This document shows, one piece after another, positions 9,357 to 16,975 of a stretch of DNA of 64,000 nt. This DNA is from an uncultured Prevotella sp. (GTDB lineage: Bacteria; Bacteroidota; Bacteroidia; Bacteroidales; Bacteroidaceae). The translations under genes were made by a program, and so were the position numbers. The notes below the pieces were generated by a model. It had not been told where the DNA came from, did no database searches, and worked only from the letters and a program-made list of their open reading frames with translations. Location of the stretch: assembly GCA_944321295.1 (NCBI GenBank), contig CALUKU010000013.1, positions 3,317-67,316 of the forward strand, in the 5' to 3' direction. Numbering within the stretch: position 1 is the stretch's first letter; each line of letters opens with the position of its first letter.

Positions 9357-10199
9357 ATGAACAAAAAGTTGGCCATATTGCTCGCCACGTATAACGGTGA
9401 ACGTTATCTGCAGGAACAAATTGATTCTTTGTTCAGGCAGACGTATAAGGATTGGGTCTTGTACATACACGACGACGGCTCAACCGACGCCACCCCCCGT
9501 ATAATAAGCGACAACGCCAAGATGCATGACAATATAGTCGTGATGGAACATGTGGGAGGACATGGCGCAAAGGAAAACTTTTTCGGCATGTTGCGGCGCG
9601 TGGAGGCAGATTATTACATGTTCTGCGACCAAGATGACGTCTGGCTCGAAAACAAGGTGGAACTGTCGATGAGACGGATGCAAGAACTTGAAAACCGAAT
9701 AAACAATTGCGACGTTCCGATAATAGTGCATAGCGACCTGTTTGTTGTTGACGAACGCTTGAACGTTGTCAGCGACTCGTTTTGGCGGTTTGTAGGAATC
9801 AATCCTGACTATCTTACAAAATTCGAGCGGTTGTCTGCGGTAAGCCTTACAACAGGTTGTACAATGCTTATAAACAATAGGGCCAAGACTACGGCGTTCG
9901 GTTTTCCGTATGATAAGGCTTGCATGCATGACGCATGGATTACGGCCTGTACGATGAAAGCGGGCGGAATAGTTTCGGGCATTAGTACACCATTGATCTA
10001 TTATCGTCAACATTCGGATAATTGCATAGGAGCTTCTGAAGCTCATCCGTTTAATATTGTTTTCTTGTTCAGGCATATAAAAGAACTATATAAGTCTAAC
10101 AGGAAAACTTCTCGGATGTTTAAAAGCCTGGGTTGCCCTTTGCATGTGTATCTTTACAATAAAATAATGTATCGGATAAAAAATAAACGTTTGAACTGA
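9357..10199 (+). CDS. Glycosyltransferase family 2 (rhamnosyltransferase-like)
   Basis: LLATYNGERYLQEQIDS, DDGSTD, FCDQDDVW, TGCTM, HDAWI, YRQH. Confidence 0.9.
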   Translation: MNKKLAILLATYNGERYLQEQIDSLFRQTYKDWVLYIHDDGSTDATPRIISDNAKMHDNIVVMEHVGGHGAKENFFGMLRRVEADYYMFCDQDDVWLENKVELSMRRMQELENRINNCDVPIIVHSDLFVVDERLNVVSDSFWRFVGINPDYLTKFERLSAVSLTTGCTMLINNRAKTTAFGFPYDKACMHDAWITACTMKAGGIVSGISTPLIYYRQHSDNCIGASEAHPFNIVFLFRHIKELYKSNRKTSRMFKSLGCPLHVYLYNKIMYRIKNKRLN

Positions 10200-10206
10200 C
10201 ATTGTC

Positions 10207-11223
10207 ATGGAAACTAATAATTCATATAACTTTGATTTCAAGAAAATCATCACCATTGCGCTGCAAAACAAGAAAGGCTACGTTATAACGTTCTTTTCAT
10301 CAGTCGTTTTGGGATTGATTGTCGGTTTCAGTATTCCAAAGACATATACGACAAAGGTTATGCTTGCGCCTGAATCAAGCTCTGAAAGCGCTTTAGGCGG
10401 AAGCCTCAGCTCGTTGACGTCGTTGGTTGGAATTAACATGAACGGAATGTCTGTGGATGCGATATTCCCGGAGATATATCCCGACGTTGTAAGGTCGACG
10501 ACTTTCCTTGTCGGATTGTCTGAAATACATGTTCAGTCAGCCGACAAGAAAATATCCACAACGTTGTATGATTATATCGCAAACGAGCAGAAATATCCAT
10601 GGTGGCTTTATCCGATAGAGCTGTTCGACGGCGATGACGAAGAGGCTGCCAAGAAAAAGCTGAACGCTTACCGCCTTGACGAGGAGCAGGCGGAGGTCAT
10701 AAAGGCTATAAACGAGTTTATAACATGCAGCGTAAATAAGACAACTGGCGTGATAACGATAACGGCTACGGCGCAAGACCCGTTGATTTCGGCCGTCTTG
10801 GCTGACTCTGTGCGTGTGCGTCTGCAAGACTTCATAACCGATTACAGGACGAGTAAGGCCCGAAACGATCTGAACAACATTCAGAAGTTATACCGTGAGG
10901 CGAAGGCTAATTACGATAAGGCCCGCCAGAAATATGCCGCTTATTCTGATGCGAACCAAGATTTGGTGCTTGAATCGTTTAAAGCGACTGTCAACGACCT
11001 TGAAAACGAGATGCAGCTGAAATATAACATTTACACACAGCTGACGGCCCAATTACAGATGGCGCGCGCTAAGTTGATAGAGAAAACGCCTGTTTACGCC
11101 GTGCTGCAACCTGCTGTTGTGCCGTATCGCCATTCCGCGCCGAAGAAGTCTTTGGTGCTGTTGGCTTTTGTGTTCGTAGGATGTATGGGCTACACCGTTT
11201 ACCTGATGTTCAAGAAAGTGTGA
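10207..11223 (+). CDS. Wzz-type chain-length determinant
   Basis: N- and C-terminal TM helices, coiled-coil middle, VLQPAVVP..HSAPKK motif. Confidence 0.85.
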   Translation: METNNSYNFDFKKIITIALQNKKGYVITFFSSVVLGLIVGFSIPKTYTTKVMLAPESSSESALGGSLSSLTSLVGINMNGMSVDAIFPEIYPDVVRSTTFLVGLSEIHVQSADKKISTTLYDYIANEQKYPWWLYPIELFDGDDEEAAKKKLNAYRLDEEQAEVIKAINEFITCSVNKTTGVITITATAQDPLISAVLADSVRVRLQDFITDYRTSKARNDLNNIQKLYREAKANYDKARQKYAAYSDANQDLVLESFKATVNDLENEMQLKYNIYTQLTAQLQMARAKLIEKTPVYAVLQPAVVPYRHSAPKKSLVLLAFVFVGCMGYTVYLMFKKV

Positions 11224-11235
11224 TTTGTTTGACAG

Positions 11236-12459
11236 ATGTTGCTAAGTAAGACAAATAAAGCGGACATACCCTTATATGTCGGTTCTTTTTTAATGACCCT
11301 GTTTATCTTGGTCGTTATGATAGACCCGACAAACACATTATTGCATAAAAAGGATATAGCTTTTGTCTTGGTCGTAGCATACAATATGGTGCTGTTCAAG
11401 CCCGACTTCGGCAAACTGCCGTACATCATGCTGATGTTTTGTGCCGTGGCCGTACCTTGGATATTCTCAACGATGAGGATGACGCCCGTTGACCCAGACG
11501 AGGTCTTGGCTGCCTTTAAGTCTATAGCCCCGGTTGTGCTCCTCTTGTGGACGAGAAATTACAATATGGTTAAGCTTTCACGCTTTCCTGTCGTGCTATG
11601 TTGTTTTATCTCGTTGGCTACTTACATTGCAATGTCGGTAAACCCATTGATTGAGAGGGGAGTATGGATGTTTATGCAAAACATAGACGATCCTGTAACC
11701 ATTTCGCGTAGAACAATCTTAGGAGTTGAAATTCTTGGTTTCTATTTAAAGTCGTGCGTGTCGTTCATTTTCGTGTTTTCATATTACATGTTGTATTCTT
11801 TGGACAAGACGAAACGCAATGTTGCTAATTTCATTTTCCTTATAATAATTTTCTCGTATTTCATGATAAGCGGTACGCGCAGTACCATGCTTATGCCGTT
11901 TTTCCTGTTCATAGTCATTGCGTCGTATGTTTTCAAGAATTCGAGGTACATAAAATATGTGATGTATCCTCTTATTTTCGTGTTGGCCATAGCCTTTGTT
12001 ACGGTGCTGCTGGCAGCCATTATGGAAACTGACGAGCTTTCAAATACCATAAAGTACGGGCATTTGGACTCTTATGCCGCCTTGTTCGACGAGAACCCGT
12101 TATTCCTTATATTCGGCCAGGGACCTGGCGCAACCTTTTATTCCGAGGGCTTCGGCGAGGTGGTTGTCAGGACAGAGTGGTCTTATCTTGACCTTATTAG
12201 GAATTATGGTGTATTCTCGCTTATAATTGTTTTTGTTTTTGCGAAACCAATTTTCTCGTTTTGGAAATACCGCAAGCAAGACGATTTCAACTATTGCATG
12301 TTCTGGAGCTACTTGGTTTACCTGCTGATTGCGGGTACGAATCCTTTGCTCATGTCGTCGACGGGCATGATAGTGCTGCTTATGGCCTACTCGTATGAAG
12401 ATAAGATTAAAAACTCTATAAATCAAATTGACGATGAAGACAATATTACACATATCTAA
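11236..12459 (+). CDS. Putative Wzy polysaccharide polymerase
   Basis: About 10 TM, periplasmic loop with SGTRS and GQGPG...RTEWSY; locus context. Confidence 0.65.
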   Translation: MLLSKTNKADIPLYVGSFLMTLFILVVMIDPTNTLLHKKDIAFVLVVAYNMVLFKPDFGKLPYIMLMFCAVAVPWIFSTMRMTPVDPDEVLAAFKSIAPVVLLLWTRNYNMVKLSRFPVVLCCFISLATYIAMSVNPLIERGVWMFMQNIDDPVTISRRTILGVEILGFYLKSCVSFIFVFSYYMLYSLDKTKRNVANFIFLIIIFSYFMISGTRSTMLMPFFLFIVIASYVFKNSRYIKYVMYPLIFVLAIAFVTVLLAAIMETDELSNTIKYGHLDSYAALFDENPLFLIFGQGPGATFYSEGFGEVVVRTEWSYLDLIRNYGVFSLIIVFVFAKPIFSFWKYRKQDDFNYCMFWSYLVYLLIAGTNPLLMSSTGMIVLLMAYSYEDKIKNSINQIDDEDNITHI

Positions 12460-13549
12460 ATATTATTATCCGACTCTTGGAGGAATAGAGTCGGTTGCTA
12501 AATACCTGGCAGAAGGATTAGACGGTTTTGGCAATATTGTGGTATGTTTTTCTACAGATGGTAAATATCATGAAGACGAGGTTAATGGCGTCAAAGTATT
12601 CCGAATACCTGTAGACTTCTCGTTTATGAGTCAGGATGTATGTTTCAGTTATTATCATTACTTGAAAAAAATTTACGGAATGTATAATCCTGAAGTTCTG
12701 CTGGTTCATTGCCCTAATCCGTTCGTTTATCCATTGGTGATGAGAGTTGTAAAGCGTACCGACAAGGTTGTGCTGTTGTGGCATTCCGACATCTTGTCAA
12801 AGAAACTTATGTACACGTTGGTTAAGCCGTTTGAAACAAGTATATTGAGAAGGGCGGATATGATAATATCTACGAGTCCCAATTACATACCTTTTTCGGT
12901 GATAAACGGATATGTAAATAAAGTGCAAGTGCTACAAAATGGAATCTACACTCCTAACTTTGTTAAACATGAAGGTGATGATGAACGCATAAATGTAATT
13001 AAAGATAAGTATGCCGGTAAGAAGATCATATTTTACGTAGGCAGGCACGTGGCGTATAAGGGTCTTGACTGCCTTATAGAATCTGAGCGTTTCGTTAAGT
13101 CTGATTGCGTGTTCCTCATCGGCGGTAGTGGTCCACTGACTGAAACATTGAAAAAGAAAGCCTCAGGACGACAACGGATTAAATTTTTAGGAAGGTTGTC
13201 TGACGACGATTTACGGTGTTATTTGTACGCATCTGATATTTTTGGATTTTCGTCAGTCACCAAGGCGGAGGCTTTTGGCGTAGCCTTGGCCGAGGCTATG
13301 TATTGCGGTTGCGTGCCTGTTTGTTTTACGTTAAACGGCTCAGGTGTTAACTGGGTGTCTTTAGGCGGACAGACTGGCGAGGAGGTTGCGTTGCGTGACG
13401 TTAAGGCTTATGCTGCGGCTATTGATAAAGTGTTGTCAGATAAATGCTTGCATGGAAAGTATGCCACTGCCGGCCATGATAGGATAAAAGAAAACTTTAC
13501 GTGTAAGGCAGCCGTTGAAAAGGCAAATAAGATTTTCAATTCGTTTTGA
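12434..13549 (+). CDS. Glycosyltransferase family 4
   Basis: KYYYPTLGGIE, YVGRHVAYKGL, EAFGVALAEAM (EX7E). Confidence 0.9.
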   Translation: MKTILHISKYYYPTLGGIESVAKYLAEGLDGFGNIVVCFSTDGKYHEDEVNGVKVFRIPVDFSFMSQDVCFSYYHYLKKIYGMYNPEVLLVHCPNPFVYPLVMRVVKRTDKVVLLWHSDILSKKLMYTLVKPFETSILRRADMIISTSPNYIPFSVINGYVNKVQVLQNGIYTPNFVKHEGDDERINVIKDKYAGKKIIFYVGRHVAYKGLDCLIESERFVKSDCVFLIGGSGPLTETLKKKASGRQRIKFLGRLSDDDLRCYLYASDIFGFSSVTKAEAFGVALAEAMYCGCVPVCFTLNGSGVNWVSLGGQTGEEVALRDVKAYAAAIDKVLSDKCLHGKYATAGHDRIKENFTCKAAVEKANKIFNSF

Positions 13550-13599
13550 AATTATGCAGTGCGTTTAAGTTTTTTGTGTGAAAATGATAATGCGTTTTT

Positions 13600-14352
13600 A
13601 TGTTGTCAAATAGTCCACGGATATCAGTTTGCATAGCAACGTTTAACGGCGAGAAGTATATAGGCCAACAATTAGATTCAATATGTGAACAATTGTCGGC
13701 TTGCGATGAGATAATAATATCTGATGACGGTTCCACCGACGGAACATTGGATGTGGTGAGAGATTATCATGATCCGCGCATAATAATATTGGAACATAAA
13801 GATAAGTTCGCCAAGTTTAAGAATGATTATGTCACTCATAACTTTGAGAATGCGTTAATGCATGCTGAAGGCGAGATAATTTTCCTTTCAGACCAAGATG
13901 ACGTATGGCTTCCAAATAAGGTAGAGAGGATGGTTGACGCTTTGAAATACAATGACGTCGTTATGTCCGATTGCAGCATGACTGATTCAAGTCTGAATAT
14001 TGTCCATAAGTCTTATTTCACGACAGAGCGTAATTTTAAACAATCTATATTCTATAATTTTGTTAAGCCGTCATTTTTGGGGAGTTGCATGGCATTTAGA
14101 AAATGTGTACTTGACCAGGCTTTGCCATTTCCTAAATATGGTGTAGGACATGATTTATGGCTCGGACTTGTGGGTATGACCCTTTATAGGTTCTTTTTTA
14201 TCAATGAACCTCTGATTTTATACAGGAGGCATAATTCATCTGTAACTGACGGTGGAAAAGTAAATAATACATCCCTATGGTTTAAGATAAGGTATAGAGC
14301 GTATGTATTATTGGCTTTATATAGATTATTTATGATGAAAAATAATAAGTAA
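13600..14352 (+). CDS. Glycosyltransferase family 2 (rhamnosyltransferase-like)
   Basis: CIATFNGEKYI, ISDDGSTD, NFENAL, LSDQDDVW, GSCMAF, HDLWLG. Confidence 0.9.
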   Translation: MLSNSPRISVCIATFNGEKYIGQQLDSICEQLSACDEIIISDDGSTDGTLDVVRDYHDPRIIILEHKDKFAKFKNDYVTHNFENALMHAEGEIIFLSDQDDVWLPNKVERMVDALKYNDVVMSDCSMTDSSLNIVHKSYFTTERNFKQSIFYNFVKPSFLGSCMAFRKCVLDQALPFPKYGVGHDLWLGLVGMTLYRFFFINEPLILYRRHNSSVTDGGKVNNTSLWFKIRYRAYVLLALYRLFMMKNNK

Positions 14353-14468
14353 TAGCTTTGTTTGTTAACTTTATGACCGGCCATTATAATAAGTCGTGAA
14401 AATCATTCGTTTCAGTATTATACTGAAAGAACATTTATTACTGAAGAATAGGTGCTTTTTTGCGAGTG

Positions 14469-14556
14469 CGTTAAAGGTAAGCATTTGATTTGTAAAACGC
14501 CGCCTTTCACGTTGCAAAAGGCGGTGAACGGGAAAGCGGAAGGCGGCATATTGCAA
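14469..14556. repeat. 22-bp-period array (4 units) preceding TGTCAC module copy 1
   Basis: Units start at 14469, 14491, 14513, 14535. Confidence 0.65.
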
Positions 14557-14583
14557 AACGAAGATTATTTTTGTTTAAGATTA

Positions 14584-14778
14584 TAATGTCACAATGTCAC
14601 GCCATGGTGTAATGTGTTGATAGCCACGGCGTTATGTTGTGATATTATGATGTGTGCCACCGTCACTACCGTCACGCCTCGGGCTTGTGACAATGGTGAC
14701 GGTGGATACAGACGTAATGTCACGGTTTAAATCGCTGATAATCAGCGGTATGCGTGCGGATGTGACATTGTGACATTA
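14584..14778. repeat. TGTCAC/GTGACA mirror-symmetric module, copy 1 (195 bp)
   Basis: Ends taatgtcacaatgtcac / gtgacattgtgacatta; two arms with 38-bp spacers. Confidence 0.85.
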
Positions 14779-14850
14779 AATTCGGCGTGAATTTTGTATA
14801 AGAAACACACGTGTGAATATTAACACCCCTTCTTCCAAGTGAGGTACTCG

Positions 14851-15060
14851 GTAGCCGTCATCCCGGACTTGGTCCGGGAACCAGACGAATACACCCTCAA
14901 TCCGGCAACGTGGCGGAATACGACTGGATCCTGAATCAAGTTCAGGATGACGGTTACCGAGCGCCTCATTTGGGCGATGGCGCTTGCTTTTTGAATCCCG
15001 TGTCAAGCACGGGATGACTGATTTGCGAGAGCCTCACTTAAAACGAGGATGTTTCATTAT
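14851..15060. repeat. CGTC-type palindromic repeats (inverted doublet plus a third unit)
   Basis: ccgtcatcccggacttggtccggga (14855-), reverse complement ccgtcatcctgaacttgattcaggatccag (14924-14953), and gtcatcccgtgcttgacacgggattc (about 14992-15020). Confidence 0.75.
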
Positions 15061-15091
15061 ACCGCACTCACGTTGGATTATTATCATAAAT

Positions 15092-15124
15092 AGGCCCTTA
15101 CAGGGGATGAACCTGTAAGGGCCT
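15092..15124 (-). terminator. Terminator hairpin downstream of DUF4301 gene
   Basis: aggcccttacagg / cctgtaagggcct 13-bp stem. Confidence 0.7.
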
Positions 15125-15156
15125 CAGACAATTTCCGTTTACAGCATGTAGGCCGT

Positions 15157-16674
15157 TTACTGGTGCTGTTCGCGCAGAAGGTCGTTAACCGTCTTTACGG
15201 GGTTGAACGTCGACAGGGGCACTTCTACGAACACTGTGCTCCAGTCGCTCATGGCTCCGTTCCAGAGACCCGGCAGTTCGAGCGCTTTTAGCTCGCGGCC
15301 GTTCTTACTCTTTGAGCTGATGAAGCCGGTGGTCTTGTCAACGTAGTCGGGCAGGTTGAAGGGTTGTCCCTTATAGTCCTTAACGGCACAAACGAGGTCG
15401 ACGGGATTGAAGTGGGTGCCTTCGGTGAACATGCGCATATACTGCTCGTTGCTCTTGTCAATCTGGCTGCTCTCGAGTATTTGCAGGCTTACGGTGCCGT
15501 CCTGGTTGTAGGTGAGGAACGGGCCGCCGCCGGGTTCGCCTACGTTCTTTACCACGCCGCAGACGCGCATCGGGCGGTTGAGCTTCTTGCGGAGATAGAT
15601 TACCAGTTCGGCGTCTTCAAGTTCCTTTATGTCGGCCTTGCGGCAGCACAGGTCACGCTGTACGAACTGTATCATCTCGGCAAGCTGCTCGTGGGTGTAG
15701 CTGCCGGTGTCGAGCAGGCGCAGGTAGCCGAAGGCCTTGGCCTGCAGCGTTACGAGCACGCCGGCTATGAGCTGCTTGTAGGTCACGGTGTCGTCTTTCA
15801 GACGGTCGGGCACGACGTTGTCGATGTTTTTTATGAACACTACGTCGGCGTCGATGTCGTTAAGGTTCTGTATCAGCGCCCCGTGGCCGCCCGGACGGAA
15901 CAGCAGCGAGCCGTCGTCGTTGCGGAATGGCGTGTTGTCGGGGTTGGCGGCGATGGTGTCGGTCGACGGCTTCTGCTCAGAGAAGCTCACGTCATACTTA
16001 ATGCCGTATTTCTTGGCGTAGGCGTCGCACTTTTCTTCAACCTTGGCCTTGAACAGCTCGCGGTGCTCGTGGCTCACGGTGAAGTGGATGTGGGCCTCGC
16101 CGTTTGAGGCTGCGTAGAGCGCGCCCTCGACGAGGTGTTCCTCAAGCGGCGTGCGCGGGCCTTCGGCATACTTGTGGAACAGCAGGAGGCCTTTGGGCAA
16201 CTGGCCGTAGTTGAGGCCTTTGCCCTCGAGCATGTTGGCTACGACGGCCTTATAGTTGCCTTCAGCCATAAGTTGCTTAATGCCTTTACCCTCGTTCTTC
16301 AAGCAGGCGGCGTCAAGCTCGTCGTAGAAGGCGAACTTGTCGATATTGTCGAAATATTTCTTTTCGAAGTCTGTCTGCGGCTCGTCGTGGTCGCCGTTGA
16401 GGAAGGCGAACATGTCCTTAAACATTCGGCTGGCGGCTCCGCTGGCCGGAACGAACTTTACTATCTTCTTGCCTTCGGCCTTGTAGGCGTTCCAGGCGTC
16501 GATGTATTTTGAGCGTTCCTCGCCGTCGGGGGCGGCAATGCCGTTGCCTATGCCGGCGGCAGCCTCGAGCTTAAGGAAGGGGAAACCTTGTTTGAATTCC
16601 TCGAGTTGCGTCGCAACCTGAGCCTCGGTAATGCCTTTGCCGGCAATCTGCTTTAAATCGTCTTGTGATAACAT
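15157..16674 (-). CDS. DUF4301 family protein
   Basis: KFVPASGAASRMFKD, YGQLPKGL, RPGGHGALI, GEPGGGPF, HFNPVDLVC, ELPGLWNG, FNPVKTVNDLLR. Confidence 0.85.
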   Translation of the reverse strand: MLSQDDLKQIAGKGITEAQVATQLEEFKQGFPFLKLEAAAGIGNGIAAPDGEERSKYIDAWNAYKAEGKKIVKFVPASGAASRMFKDMFAFLNGDHDEPQTDFEKKYFDNIDKFAFYDELDAACLKNEGKGIKQLMAEGNYKAVVANMLEGKGLNYGQLPKGLLLFHKYAEGPRTPLEEHLVEGALYAASNGEAHIHFTVSHEHRELFKAKVEEKCDAYAKKYGIKYDVSFSEQKPSTDTIAANPDNTPFRNDDGSLLFRPGGHGALIQNLNDIDADVVFIKNIDNVVPDRLKDDTVTYKQLIAGVLVTLQAKAFGYLRLLDTGSYTHEQLAEMIQFVQRDLCCRKADIKELEDAELVIYLRKKLNRPMRVCGVVKNVGEPGGGPFLTYNQDGTVSLQILESSQIDKSNEQYMRMFTEGTHFNPVDLVCAVKDYKGQPFNLPDYVDKTTGFISSKSKNGRELKALELPGLWNGAMSDWSTVFVEVPLSTFNPVKTVNDLLREQHQ

Positions 16675-16975
16675 AAGTATTTGTTTAATTTAGGTTATAA
16701 GTATTGTTTTTAAGGGATGGCGACGGTGCGGCCCAGTCTTTGCGGTAAGCTGCAGGACGTAAACCATCGCTTTGCAAAAATAACTCTTTTCTATCAATAA
16801 ACACGGCAAATGGCATTAAAAAGTTATTACTTTGTACAATAAAACTTACAATTTACACTTTATGCGCCGTAAAATCTGCGTATCTCAAGAAAAATGAGTA
16901 AGTTTGCAAGCCGACGGGCGGCCTATGGCGTGACGACCTTAAAGCGGGCCGCCGATTACCAAAAATGTATCTACG

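Noticed and set aside
3529-14400. Genomic island integrated at ssrA
   Set aside because: No integrase and no duplicated ssrA 3' end seen; the polysaccharide locus lies on the 5' side of ssrA.
16917-16953. Riboswitch in the relA leader
   Set aside because: Only a 7-bp GC stem; no recognisable aptamer features.
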